DNA of 64,000 bases from Antechinus flavipes (Eukaryota): positions 99,696,001 through 99,760,000 of the forward strand of contig NC_067401.1 in the NCBI RefSeq assembly GCF_016432865.1, written 5' to 3'. Below the pieces are notes generated by a model. It worked only from the letters and a program-made list of their open reading frames with translations. It was not told the origin of the DNA and did not search any database. A program made the translations under genes and the position numbers. This document shows, piece by piece, positions 1-12,370 of this stretch. The first letter of the stretch is position 1. Each line of letters begins with the position of its first letter.

Positions 1-3000
1 CTATATTAAATATATATGCACCAAGTAGTGTAGCATCTAAATTCCTAAAAGAGAAATTAAGAGAGCTGCAAGAAGAAATAGACAGTAAAACTATAATAGT
101 GGGAGATCTCAACCTTGCACTCTCAGAATTAGATAAATCAAACCACAAAATAAATAAGAAAGAAGTCAAAGAGATAAATAGAATACTAGAAAAATTAGAT
201 ATGATAGATCTCTGGAGAAAATGTAATGGGGACAGAAAGGAGTACACCTTCTTTTCAGCAGTTCATGGAACCTATACAAAAATTGATCATATATTAGGAC
301 ATAAAAACCTCAAACTCAAATGCAGTAAGGCAGAAATAGTGAATGCATCCTTTTCAGACCATGATGCATTGAAAATTACATTCAATAAAAAGCCACAGGA
401 AAGTAGACCAAAAAATAATTGGAAACTAAATAATCTCATACTAAAGAATGATTGGGTGAAACAGCAAATTATAGACATAATTAATAACTTCATCCAAGAA
501 AATGATAATAATGAGACATCATACCAAAATGTATGGGATGCAGCCAAAGCGGTAATAAGGGGAAATCTCATATCTCTAGAGGCCTATTTGTATAAAATAG
601 AGAAAGAGAAGGTCAATGAATTGGGCTTGCAACTAAAAATGCTAGAAAAGGAACAAATTAAAAACCCCCAATCAAACACTAAACTTGAAATTCAAAAAAT
701 AAAAGGAGAGATCAATAAAATTGAAAGTAAAAAAACTATTGAATTGATTAATAAAACTAAGAGTTGGTTCTATGAAAAAACCAACAAAATAGACAAACCC
801 TTAGTAAATCTGATTAAAAAAAGGAAAGAGGAAAATCAAATTGTTAGTCTTAAAAATGAAAAGGGAGAACTCACCACTAACGAAGAGGAAATTAGAGCAA
901 TAATTAGGAGTTACTTTGCCCAACTCTACGCCAATAAATTCGACAACTTAAATGAAATAGAAGAATACCTCCAAAAATATAGCTTACCTAAACTAACAGA
1001 GGAAGAAGTAAATATCCTAAACACTCCTATCTCAGAAAAAGAAATAGAACAAACTATCAATCAACTCCCTAAGAAAAAAACCCCAGGACCAGATGGATTT
1101 ACATCTGAATTCTATCAAACATTTAAAGATCAATTAACTCCAATGCTAAATAAACTATTTGAAGAAGTAGGGATTGAAGGAGTCCTACCAAACTCCTTTT
1201 ATGACACAGATATGGTACTGATACCTAAACCAGGTAGGCTGAAAACAGAGAAAGAAAATTATAGACCAATCTCCCTAATGAATATTGATGCTAAAATCTT
1301 AAATAAAATATTAGCAAAAAGATTACAGAAAATCATCCCCAGGATAATACACTATGACCAAGTAGGATTTATACCAGGAATGCAGGGCTGGTTCAATATT
1401 AGGAAAACTATTAACATAATTGACTATATCAACAACCAACCAAACAAAAACCATATGATCATTTCAATAGATGCAGAAAAAGCATTTGATAAAATCCAAC
1501 AGCCATTCCTAATAAAAACACTTGAGAGCATAGGAATAAAAGGACTTTTCCTTAAAATAGTTAGGAGCATATATTTTAAACCTTCAGTAAGCATCATATG
1601 CAATGGGGAAAAACTGGAACCTTTCCCGGTAAGATCTGGAGTGAAGCAAGGTTGCCCACTATCACCATTATTATTCAATATTGTATTAGAAACATTGGCC
1701 TCTGCAATAAGAGTCGAGAAAGAGATTAAAGGAATTAGAGTAGGCAATGAGGAAACCAAACTATCACTCTTTGCAGATGATATGATGGTATACCTAGAAA
1801 ACCCCAGAGATTCTACTAAAAAGCTATTAGAAATAATTCATAATTTTAGCAAAGTAGCAGGATACAAAATAAATCCCCATAAATCCTCAGCATTCTTATA
1901 CACCACCAACAAAATCCAAGAGCAAGAGATACAAAGAGAAATTCCATTCAAAATAACTGTTGATAGCATAAAATATTTGGGAATCTACCTACCAAAGGAA
2001 AGTCAGGAATTATATGAGCAAAATTACAAAAAAGTTTTCACACAAATAAAGTCAGACTTAAATAATTGGAAAAATATTAAGTGCTCTTGGATAGGCCGAG
2101 CAAATATAATAAAGATGACAATACTCCCTAAACTAATCTATTTATTTAGTGCTATACCAATCAGACTTCCAAGAAAATATTTTAATGATTTAGAAAAAAT
2201 AACAACAAAATTCATATGGAACAATAAAAAGTCGAGAATCTCAAGGGAATTAATGAAAAAAAAATCAAATGAAGGTGGTCTAGCTGTACCTGATCTAAAA
2301 TTATATTATAAAGCAGCAGTCACCAAAACCATCTGGTATTGGCTTAGAAATAGATTAGTTGATCAGTGGAAAAGGTTAGGTTCACAAGACAGAATAGTCA
2401 ACTATAGCAATCTAGTGTTTGACAAACCCAAAGATTCTAAATTTTGGGATAAGATTTCATTATTTGATAAAAACTGCTGGGATAACTGGAAATTAGTATG
2501 GCAGAAATTAGGCAAGGACCCACACTTAACACCACATACCAAGATAAGATCAAAATGGGTCCATGACCTAGGCATAAAGAACGAGATTATAAATAAATTA
2601 GAGGAACATAGGATAGTTTATCTCTCAGACTTGTGGAGGAGAAAGAAATTTGTGACCAAAGATGAACTAGAGACCATTACCAATCACAAAATAGAAAATT
2701 TTGATTATATCAAATTAAAAAGCCTTTGTACAAACAGAACGAATGCAAACAAGATTAGTAGGGAAGTAACTAACTGGGAAAACATCTTTACAATTAAAGG
2801 TTCTGATAAAGGCCTCATTTCCAAAATATATAGAGAACTGACTCAAATTTATAAAAAATCAAGCCATTCTCCAATTGATAAATGGTCAAAGGATATGAAC
2901 AGACAATTTTCAGATGAAGAAATTGAAACTATTACCACTCACATGAAAGAGTGTTCCAAATCACTATTGATCAGAGAAATGCAAATTAAGACAACTCTGA

Positions 3001-3897
3001 GATATCACTATACTCCTGTCAGATTGGCTAAGATGACAGGAAAAAACAATGATGAATGTTGGAGGGGATGCGGGAAAACGGGGACATTGATGCATTGTTG
3101 GTGGAGTTGTGAACGAATCCAGCCATTCTGGAGAGCGATCTGGAATTATGCCCAAAAAGTTATCAAACTGTGCATACCCTTTGATCCAACAGTGTTTCTA
3201 TTGGGCTTATACCCCAAAGAGATACTAAAAAAGGGAAAGGGACCTGTATGTGCCAAAATGTTTGTAGCAGCCCTGTTTGTAGTGGCTAGAAACTGGAAAA
3301 TGAATGGATGCCCATCAATTGGAGAATAGCTGGGTAAATTGTGGTATATGAATGTTATGGAATATTATTGCTCTGTAAGGAATGACCAGCAGGATGAATA
3401 CAGAGAGGCTTGGAGAGACCTACATGGACTGATGCTAAGTGAGATGAGCAGAACCAGGAGATCATTATACACTTCGACAACGATATTGTATGAGGATGTA
3501 TTCTGATGGAAGTGGATTTTTCTGACAAAGAGACTTAACTGAGTTTCATTGGAGAAATGATGGACAGAAACAGCTACACCCAAAGAAGGAATAATGGGAA
3601 ATGAATGTGAACTATTTGCATTTTTGATTTTCTTCCCGAGTTATTTTTACCTTCTGAATCCAATTCTCCCTGTGCAACAAGAGAACTGTTTGGTTCTGCA
3701 AATATGTATTGTATCTAGGATATACTGCAACATGTTTAGCATATATAGGACTGCTTGCCATCCTGGGGGGGGGGGGGAGGAGGGAGGGAGGGGGAAAAAA
3801 CGAAACATAAGTGATTGCAAGGGATAATGTCGTGTAGAAATTATCCTGGCATGGATTCTGTCAATGCGAAGTTATTATTAAATAAAATAAAATTTAT

Positions 3898-3943
<46 letters not shown>
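1..3943 (+). mobile_element. LINE-1, young copy, 5' part outside window (ORF2 + 3'UTR + poly-A)
   Basis: ORF2 homology runs from base 3. G-rich 3'UTR tract at about 3765-3794, AATAAA at 3881-3886 and 3886-3891, uninterrupted A42 at 3902-3943. Confidence 0.98.
3..3329 (+). CDS. L1 ORF2p (APE endonuclease, reverse transcriptase, CCHC knuckle), 5'-partial, ends at premature TAG
   Basis: The frame is open from base 3 ([14 protein letters not shown]...), so the GTG at 99 is not the real start. Motifs GDLN, IDHIL, SDH, PGPDG, YRPISL, QGCPLSP, FADD and [18 protein letters not shown] are present. TAG at 3327-3329 is followed by in-frame L1 C-terminal homology (LGKLWYMNVMEYY...) to TGA at 3504-3506. 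Confidence 0.95.
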   Translation: MLNIYAPSSVASKFLKEKLRELQEEIDSKTIIVGDLNLALSELDKSNHKINKKEVKEINRILEKLDMIDLWRKCNGDRKEYTFFSAVHGTYTKIDHILGHKNLKLKCSKAEIVNASFSDHDALKITFNKKPQESRPKNNWKLNNLILKNDWVKQQIIDIINNFIQENDNNETSYQNVWDAAKAVIRGNLISLEAYLYKIEKEKVNELGLQLKMLEKEQIKNPQSNTKLEIQKIKGEINKIESKKTIELINKTKSWFYEKTNKIDKPLVNLIKKRKEENQIVSLKNEKGELTTNEEEIRAIIRSYFAQLYANKFDNLNEIEEYLQKYSLPKLTEEEVNILNTPISEKEIEQTINQLPKKKTPGPDGFTSEFYQTFKDQLTPMLNKLFEEVGIEGVLPNSFYDTDMVLIPKPGRLKTEKENYRPISLMNIDAKILNKILAKRLQKIIPRIIHYDQVGFIPGMQGWFNIRKTINIIDYINNQPNKNHMIISIDAEKAFDKIQQPFLIKTLESIGIKGLFLKIVRSIYFKPSVSIICNGEKLEPFPVRSGVKQGCPLSPLLFNIVLETLASAIRVEKEIKGIRVGNEETKLSLFADDMMVYLENPRDSTKKLLEIIHNFSKVAGYKINPHKSSAFLYTTNKIQEQEIQREIPFKITVDSIKYLGIYLPKESQELYEQNYKKVFTQIKSDLNNWKNIKCSWIGRANIIKMTILPKLIYLFSAIPIRLPRKYFNDLEKITTKFIWNNKKSRISRELMKKKSNEGGLAVPDLKLYYKAAVTKTIWYWLRNRLVDQWKRLGSQDRIVNYSNLVFDKPKDSKFWDKISLFDKNCWDNWKLVWQKLGKDPHLTPHTKIRSKWVHDLGIKNEIINKLEEHRIVYLSDLWRRKKFVTKDELETITNHKIENFDYIKLKSLCTNRTNANKISREVTNWENIFTIKGSDKGLISKIYRELTQIYKKSSHSPIDKWSKDMNRQFSDEEIETITTHMKECSKSLLIREMQIKTTLRYHYTPVRLAKMTGKNNDECWRGCGKTGTLMHCWWSCERIQPFWRAIWNYAQKVIKLCIPFDPTVFLLGLYPKEILKKGKGPVCAKMFVAALFVVARNWKMNGCPSIGE

Positions 3944-3946
<3 letters not shown>

Positions 3947-4249
3947 AGAATGTTTTGCTTAGAGAGACCTTATACAGGGGACTGCATTTGGTCTGGAAGC
4001 CTTAGTTTGCCAACCCCCGGTCTAAGTGAATGGAATCATGCTTCTCTGATACAGCCTTCTTGTACTGTGCATCATGATTTCATCACTCCTATTGTTGACA
4101 TGTTTTCTCAGAAATCCTCTAAAAAGGATCTATTTAGTGGACAGGATGGGGGAAAGCATGTTCCTCTTTTTAAAATTTCTTAGCAAGATCATGTTTTGAA
4201 ATATTTTGAAAATATTGAAATTCCATAGAAAAGTCATTTATTATTATTG

Positions 4250-4250
<1 letters not shown>

Positions 4251-4283
<33 letters not shown>
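4251..4283. repeat. (CAT)11 microsatellite
   Basis: Direct reading. Confidence 0.95.
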
Positions 4284-5397
4284 TATTTTTATTTAGATTG
4301 TCCATCTGCCTTCCCACATTGTCTTTTTTCCCATAATGCATAGATATCTTCAGTAAGTGATTTTCCACTGTATCTTGGATATAGATCACCATAGAAATTT
4401 TCATTCTCTTTGGAGTTACATTTCTAATTTTTCTGAGATATTATAGTAGATACAGGCTTTTGTGACAACAAGCATTTTGGGATCATTGAAAGCTGTGTCT
4501 GCTTTTCCAAACCGATCCAGTGCTGCTGCTTCTGCCTTCTATTTGGCTCAGTTCATCTTCCATCTGAAATACCTTACTTATGATTTGAATAGTTACATAT
4601 TGCATACGTAGGCAATATGCTATCTTTTTCTACCTCATATTTCTTATGTGCATGATTAGTTTTATTTTCTTCTCATTGCTGAAAGCTCTGCATTATTTTA
4701 GGGTTCAGTTCATTTAATGCAGTGCCTTCTTTGAGTTGTATCTAGAGGAGCCATCACTTTTTTGGAATGCAGACCTAATCTAAAAGGCCACAAGAGCTGA
4801 TCAAATTGAACTGTGCTCTTGACTAATAATAATTCCAACAGAGAACCCTTCAGCAGTGAATGCTTTGTACTAGCAAGTCAGTAATAGTAACTAGTTGTTC
4901 ATTCATATGAAAAAAGTATTTACATGTATAATATAAAATTTATAAATATATACATATATATATATGAATATTCAAGAACTCTGCTTTGAGATTAATCTTA
5001 AAATAGAGAAGGTAAAGATAGAATCATTAAATGATTTTATGAAGACAATCCTTGAGTTTATGTATACACAGCCCTTGGATTCATCTATAATGGTACATAA
5101 TATTTTGGACAAATAAAATGCATATCCTTTATCATATAACTGATCACATTCTGAGACCCTGTGTATGAATCAGCTATTATATAATAAAAGATTTGTTTAT
5201 AGCAGGTCTTGATGATTGTCCTGGTACTTCAGGCTGCCGTGTGTTCATAACTTTGCTTGTAACTTGAATCTCCCATTAATCATTGACATTATTTAACTAA
5301 ATCATATATTCAAGTCACAACTTTTCAGTCTCTGTTTCTAGATAGGCAAGATGGCAAAAATAACAGTTTTAGTGCTTAGGTCACAGGGTTATGTATG

Positions 5398-5850
5398 GGT
5401 CAAAAACCATTAATAAAAAAAGACTGGATAGATCTCTAGAAGCAAAGCAAAGTTTATTATAAGTTCTCCCGAGTGTCCCACCCATCCAGCAGACAATCGA
5501 AGGGAGGAAGCACCATAGGGGGCAGGGTCGTTGCTTATCCCTAACGCAAATTCCCCCTCCCACCACTGACCCTCATCTTTATTGGCTGAGGATCTTACAT
5601 TCTAAATGCCCAAACTACCCAAGAAATTGAACTTGACCAATAAGTACACAGTTGCCCACATTTGGTCAAAATAGGGAGGATAACAAGAGGGGGGCTTAAG
5701 TATGTCCTTAGGGGGATAACAGGGAGGAGATACTTTAAGTATACCCTTGACTTAATGCTTAAAGTCCTTCAGGCCTACTCAAACTTTGAAATAGATGAAG
5801 CCTTACTTGATTTTCACAACTGTCTTGAAAGATCTCACCTTATCTTGTTC
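5398..5850 (-). mobile_element. Probable solo ERV LTR (antisense to host gene)
   Basis: Minus-strand order fits an LTR: U3-like direct repeats (GGATAACA...TTAAGTAT..CCTT twice, about 5675-5750), CCAAT (attgg 5581-5585), degenerate TATA near 5535, AATAAA (tttatt 5453-5458). Ends not resolved. Confidence 0.55.
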
Positions 5851-5974
5851 AGTTATAGGGAGCAAATGAGATGATGTCTATAAAGTGTTTTGATTAAAAA
5901 CCTTAAATGAACTGGGCCCCCTCCCTCTCTCCCAACCCCACCATATCTTCAAATCTCTCCTTCCTAATATGTAC

Positions 5975-6245
5975 TTAAGTTTTTCTGGCTTCCTTTAAGT
6001 CCCAACTGAAATCCCATCTTCTACAGAAAGCCTTTTCCAACCTCTCTTAATTCTAGTTGTCTTCCCTCTGTTAATTATTTCCTATTTATCTTGTATATAG
6101 TTTGTGTATACATGTTCATTTGCTGCTTCTCTTCCCCATAAGATTATGAGCTCTTGGAAGGACTGTCTTTTGTCCCTTTATATCCCCAGCACTTAGGGCA
6201 GTGCTGGACATGTGGTAGATATTTAATAAATGTTTATTGACTGTC
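5975..6245 (+). mobile_element. L2 3' end
   Basis: Typical L2 tail: gattatgagctcttggaagggactgtc...ccagcacttagggcagtgctggacatgtggtagatatttaataaatgtttattgactg. Confidence 0.8.
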
Positions 6246-6571
6246 GTGTTCATCATACCAGTTACTTGATTTCATCAAAGGCAGCTGGGTGCTAATCTTG
6301 GATAGAAACTCAATATAATTTTTTTTTTTTTTTGTTCTTGGCAAAAAAAAAAAAAAAGAAAGAAAGAAAGAAAGAAAAGAAAAAGAAGGAAAGAAGAACT
6401 GAGAAAATGCTTTTTTTTTCATTGTCAATATCATTATTTCAGGTGTCTCAATCAAAACTTCTATCTTTTCTTTCATCTTTTTTTCTCTTCTTAGTTGTCC
6501 TTAGTTTCCTTTATCAGCCTCAGCTCCTTCAACATTTCTGATGCTGTTTTTTTTTTTTTAAACTAAGACTT

Positions 6572-7153
6572 TTATAGGACCCTGCCACATGCTTATTCAT
6601 TCTCCTTGTTGCTTCATACTATTATACCACAGTTCTCTTTTATTGTCCTGACTCAGTCTCCCTAATTATCCTGACCCAGTCCTGAAAGTTTCTCGGCTTC
6701 TCAAAGCTCAGTCCTACAAAACCTCCCCTCCCTCTTTATCAGAATACTTGATAAGGATAAAAGATCTTATGTTTTAGAATATCAGTGCCTCTCCCCATCA
6801 CAAGCTATCGGAATGTCAGATACTGTCTTATCAAGATGGCTGTCCCCATGTCCGGGTTCCTCCCCCCATGAGGTCATCCCATCCCCCATGCTCTGTCAGA
6901 ACTCGATGATCAGAGTCCCATTCCTGCTCTCAGCACCCTGACTCTGCCCCCACCTCAGCCTACCCCCTGAGTCTGAGCCATGTGTTTATATGTCACTGAG
7001 AACTCTCCTCATTGGCTAGATTCTTTGAGACAACAGTCTCATTCAGCCCTGGGACCAAACTATGGATCCATTTGGTTCCAGTAAATCTCTCCCATTTAAT
7101 AAATTATTAAATACCCTCTAATCTCTATCTTGCTCAGTTTCTTCAGCATTACA
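6572..7153 (+). mobile_element. Solo ERV LTR (sense to host gene)
   Basis: AP-1 site TGACTCA 6649-6655, TATA-like TTTATAT 6985-6991, AATAAA 7098-7103, ends ...cttgctcagtttcttcagcattaCA at 7153. The 5' boundary is approximate. Confidence 0.7.
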
Positions 7154-8069
7154 ACACTACTTCTTTCTTTTTCTTTTTCAAATCAGAGTTCCCAGTGTTT
7201 CTGCTATAGTCTCTTTATATGAATTCCTTTGCTCCTTTGAAATAGCTTCTCTTTGTTTCTTCAGAATTTCTTTTGTGAGCATCTTTTACCCATCCTAGAT
7301 TTATAGTCTCCTTTTAGTCCAGTTTTTGAAGTTTCTTAATTATGATACAAATAAATTGGATATCATTTTATCTAATATCATAGAAACAGGAAGGTAAGTT
7401 GGCTTTACATTTGTATTGATGGTGGTTTGAGGAGCTCTTTATATTTAAAACAGCTCTCCTCATATAAGCCCTAGGGACTCTTTTCAGCCTCTATTCACCA
7501 ATTTTCATCTAATTGTTACATTTCCCCTACTCCAATTTGTTCACATTCTATTTTTCTTTTAATACTCTCCTTTTTTTTTTTTTTTTTTTGCAGTGGTGGT
7601 ATTGTTTCTAAATGCAAGTTTCAGGAGTGTGTGCTAAGTGGCTATATTATCACCTCTTGAAATGACTTCATCTTTATTTTTGCATATGTATACTTCCTTA
7701 AGAGCAGGAATTATTTGGTTTTTGTCTTTGTATGCCCATTTGCTGATGTCTTTTACACAACAGATACTTAATAAATGTGTTTAAGTTGGATTGAATCAAG
7801 GCCACATCTTCTTTTGCCTTGACTCTAATTCATTGTTCTTGTACAATTGATAAGCCTAAGTCAAAACTGAGAATAACAGTAGGAAATCCAAGTAAAAGTA
7901 AACAGAAAAGAAATTATAATTTTATGTATGGGTACAAAAGTTATCAACACTGCTTGTAAGTATTGGTGGAGTCATGTTCTTTCTTCATATTCTAGTAATG
8001 CTCTAATTCTTATTTTTCTATAAGCCTTAACCCCCTACTTCAATTCATCACAGTGATCTTCTCAAAAAA

Positions 8070-8140
8070 TTGGGCGAGGTATAATTTAACAAGATCAAAT
8101 TTCATAGAAATAAATGTAAAGTACTAGACTTAGATTTGAA
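8070..8140 (+). mobile_element. CR1/L3 fragment
   Basis: aacaagatcaaatttcatagaaataaatgtaaagtactagacttag resembles the L3 RT-end motif (KFNxxKCKVLHLG). Confidence 0.55.
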
Positions 8141-8400
8141 AACATAACTGAATATATATACATATATATGAAACTAATATTTTAAGTTAGGCTGTATCAT
8201 AAATGATCAGGAGACATATATTATATATATATGTATATATATAATTACAAATATGTGTAAAATATGGATGTGTGGTTGTGTGTGTATACTTATCTAGATA
8301 GGTATGGATAGAAAAATAGCACTTTATGAAAAAGGAACCCTGCTCTCTTCCCCCTTATACTTTTAGTGCCTCTCCTTCAAGATTAACTACTGTTTGTACT

Positions 8401-8530
8401 ATTTATTTATCTATCCAAATTTCCATCCATTTATATCTATCCATCCATCCATCCATCCACCCACCCATTTATCCATCCCTCTATGCATCCATCCCATCTA
8501 TCCATCCATCTATTTATCTATTTATCTATC
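8401..8530. repeat. Compound (TCTA/TCCA)n tetranucleotide repeat
   Basis: Direct reading; this also explains the spurious IHPS-rich ORFs. Confidence 0.9.
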
Positions 8531-11500
8531 AGTAGTTGTGTACATGTCATCCTTGCTATTAGAATAGGAACCTTGGGGGGGACTGGACCTGCAATTTTTT
8601 TTTTCTTTTACTTTCTTGGTATCCAGGGGCTTAGAATTGTACTCTGCATATATAGTAAGCACTTAATAAGTGCTTATTGATTCTCTGATTAAGAGTTTTA
8701 ATGGACTGAGTCAGGATTAATTAATTTGTTAGTTAATGAAATAAAAGCACTTATTAAAGCACAATTGGATATAAATAGAAAAGCAAGACCATCCTTATTT
8801 TCAGTGTAGGAATTTGTATTCCTACAAATATAGGAATTTATACCTGCAGGTCAGATGGAAAGATCCAGAATTCTTTACTTAGCATGTGTTGACAAAGCAG
8901 ATGGTAATGCATCCTTTTAATGTCTTTTCTATTGAATCACGTGATTTGGGTTTGTTTTGTTTCTAAATCTGACATACTGTGCTACATTAATAAAAGAATA
9001 TCAACCAGAATGAGAAAGGTTTAAAAGTCTCTCTCTGGAAGACACTGCCCAAACCACTTGTGGAATATTTTTTATCTAATTATTGTTGGGTTTGTTTGTG
9101 TTTTTGATGGCATTACATTATACAAAGTGCTAGTATGTATCTGGAGGAGAAAAATCAGTATTTGAGTTGGCTTGAAACCATCCTGGGCCTCATTTGACAG
9201 TAACAAGATCAGAACATAATTGAGGAAGCATTGAACCAGAATCCACAAATTGGTTATACTTGAACCATTCTATCTTCTCTTCCAGAAGGAAATAATATGG
9301 TATTTTTGATTGATACTAAAGACATTAACTCAGTAGCTGCTGTAGATCCAGTACATGAATTAATTTTAATTTTGACAAAAATCAGGATAGACGTTCTCTG
9401 CCAGATGATCATTTCTCATTGGAAGAACAGTTATCAATTTCACTTACCTTCTTGAAATGTCCTCCTACTCTTAAAATAAATCAATTTTTTTTTAGGCTTG
9501 CATTTTATAATTGCATTACTAACTACAGTTCTACTCTTTATATCTTATCCTAGAATAAGGTGTATTAAAACACACACATACACCCTCACAGGTAATTTTT
9601 CAAAAAAGAATTACATAAATTTGTTGTTCTTATTAGCTTTAAACTAATTTTTTTTTGAACAGGCCATAGTTTTCTAGCTTCCCATGAAGCTTTTCTACAT
9701 TAGGAGCCAAGTTCCTAAAATTACTCTGGATGTCACCATCTGTATAGTATCTGAACATTTTCAGTGTGGATTTGGTTAAAGAACAGTATTTTCACTTTGT
9801 TCCTAACCACGGGGCTTTGTTCTAGCTTCATCATTTTAAAAAGTTTGATATGCTGCTGGACTGATTCTGTACAATCACAGAACATTAGAGCCAGAAGGAG
9901 TTGAGGAAACTGCATCTCAGAGAGATTGCTAGGCCCTACATCCTGAAGTCATTGTAGCAGCACTTTAAGCTATCCCCTCTGATTCCAAGGCTTGCATTCC
10001 GAGTTCTCCACTCTCTCAGCTTCCTCTCTGTCAAATAAGGCTTATTGAGCTTGCCCTTTCAGTGAGCCTGGGTTTGAGTGGAAGTTAATGAAACTCCATA
10101 TTATGCTGAAGTTAACAAGACAATACTTCTCATCTATTGTCTCAAGGAACTTAAGGTTGCTTAATAACTGTCAGAAAGCCCGTGAAGGATTAATCCTTCA
10201 GTTTTCCTGAGCAAATATACATATAGATAATCACATCCATCCCTCTCTCTGCTTTTTATCTGGGCAGAATATCTGTGACTATTCTTCCATGAACATTTGC
10301 TTGCATTTGAAAAGCCCAAGAACCAGTCCAAGTCCTCCATGCTTGAAACAGTTTTTAAAACATAAAGTTGCATTCTTCATATAATCATTCTTCCAGAGTA
10401 CTAGTTGCCCTTTGCAGGGTATGTGGGCAACATATAAAGTCTTCGTTTTCCTTGCTAATCCCCATGAGAGCTTTAGATTTTCCTTTCTTTATAAACTAGT
10501 TCTTTCTCCTTCAGAAGTACTCTGTTCCTATAGTTCGTTAAGGTAGCGCCTCTTTAAGACATCCTTTGTCCCATTTTATAAAGGAAAATAATGTACTTGG
10601 AGAGAGTAATATGGATTCAGGATGTTGTCAAGGTAACCAGTCTTACTGTTTCTTCTACCTTGCAATTTAAATACCCCCGTGGAGCAGTACAGAGTTGGGC
10701 ACAAGTGCTACCTTAACGAGGAAGAGTAATTGGATAGGAATAGCAATAATGCATAGCCTAATGAGTTGGTTTCCTTACTATCTTTGTTTAATTGAAAGAG
10801 TTGCCACATTGAAACAGCAACACAACTGTCAGCCTGCAAAGTGGAACGCCACAACTTGCTTCTTGGCCTTGACAGTTAGGATCTCATTCTTTCCCCTTCA
10901 GGTTGATAATTTCATTTGTGTTAAATTTCCTGAGTAGAGGACAAGATGAATGGCTAAAGGGATTGGTTTTGCTTTTAAAAGTACCTTTAAGGGGCTGGTT
11001 TTTGTTGTTGTGAAGCTATTTATTTATATTATCTGGAACTTAGTTTCTCTTGTCCACCAATGAGATATCTGAATATTTGGCTGATTTGGCAAGTGCCAGG
11101 ACAGGAATCTCAGAATAGTTTTGTTTATTTAAATGTATGTATGTATGTATGTTAATGACACAATTATTTTTCTTCTACATGTTGATTATCTGACAGTACT
11201 CTAGATTAATTGGTCCTATAAGGTACAAGACCTGATTTGCTGCTAAATTTAATGTGAATTCTAAAGACCATATTTTTGCTGAATTTCTAGGTAGAGTTTT
11301 AGAACCATGTTTCTTATGAATTCTGTTTACTATTTGGATCTGTATTTATCACCTGTGCTTTAAAAATCTCAAACTCTGCTCCCAGATAGTGAAGTCATTT
11401 TCCTGTGTTCATTGTTTTAACCCTGGTGAATCTGTGACAATTTTGTTTTCATAAGCATTTGGACTGAGATTCCTAGAAGTCTGTGATGATAAAATAGCAT

Positions 11501-11574
11501 TTTTTTTTTTAAATTGCAAGAACAGTTAAAGCTAATCACTGCAGAAACTTATCATTAAACATTTGGTGAATAGA

Positions 11575-12370
11575 GAGGCATTCAACAAATATTTATCTAT
11601 GAGTTAGGTTGGCACTTTGCTTGATACTGGTAATAAAAAGGCAAAATTACTAAAGCCCCTGCTCTCAAGGAGCTTAAATTCTATTAAAACAGCAATATAA
11701 AAGTAAATATAAACAAAGGAACTTCTAGGGGGATCAATATTAGCCACATGTGTGAAGTAGCCCTTGAGCTAACATTAAAAAAAATCTAACGATTCTATGA
11801 GATGTCTGTAGGGAAAAAAGGACTTTTTAGGTATGGGGAGAAACTCATGCAAAGGTATAGAGGCTGTGGAAAGGAGCGTTCTGTATGAGGGACAATTGGA
11901 CCAATTTGGCACGAATGCACTTCATGAACATGAATAAAATTCATGAACTTCATGAATAAAATGCACTGATCTTGGGTAAGCCAGACTGTGAAGAGCTTTA
12001 AATGTCAAAGAAGAGTTTCCATAGTTTATCCTAGAAAAAATTCACAACAATTAATGTTTTTATGAGCAAAACAATGATGGTTATGCTGTAAGAAAATCAG
12101 TTTCACAGTTGTGTGGAGGATAGTTGGAGAAAGTAAAGCTTGGCTACAAGGACACCAATCATTCAGGAAGCTATTGTGGTAGCCTGGGAAGAGGTGTTAA
12201 GAACCTAAACTAAGAAGGTGGCTTTTGTAAGTAGAAGAAAGACTACAAATGTGAAAAACATTGATTTCTCTTTGTTGAAGTCTCAGTGAGATGATGGGAT
12301 GTGGGAGGTGAAAAAGCAAAGAGCAGGGAGTAAATTCTACATGATTCGTAGAATGCTGATGCCCACAACA
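11575..12370 (-). mobile_element. L2 fragment
   Basis: attcaacaaatatttat...ccctgctctcaaggagcttaaattct followed by L2 ORF-derived purine-rich sequence. Confidence 0.7.

Noticed and set aside
99-101. GTG start of the 1076-aa ORF
   Set aside because: The frame is open upstream to the window edge; the true ATG is outside the window.
3327-3329. TGG-to-TAG as APOBEC3 hypermutation
   Set aside because: A single event with no GG-to-AG cluster, and APOBEC3 genes are considered eutherian-specific.
287-3583. Minus-strand ORFs inside the L1
   Set aside because: Ordinary antisense shadows of L1 ORF2.
5060-5170. Short inverted ends atacacag...ctgtgtat as a Tc1/mariner MITE
   Set aside because: Only 8 bp of inverted match; insufficient.
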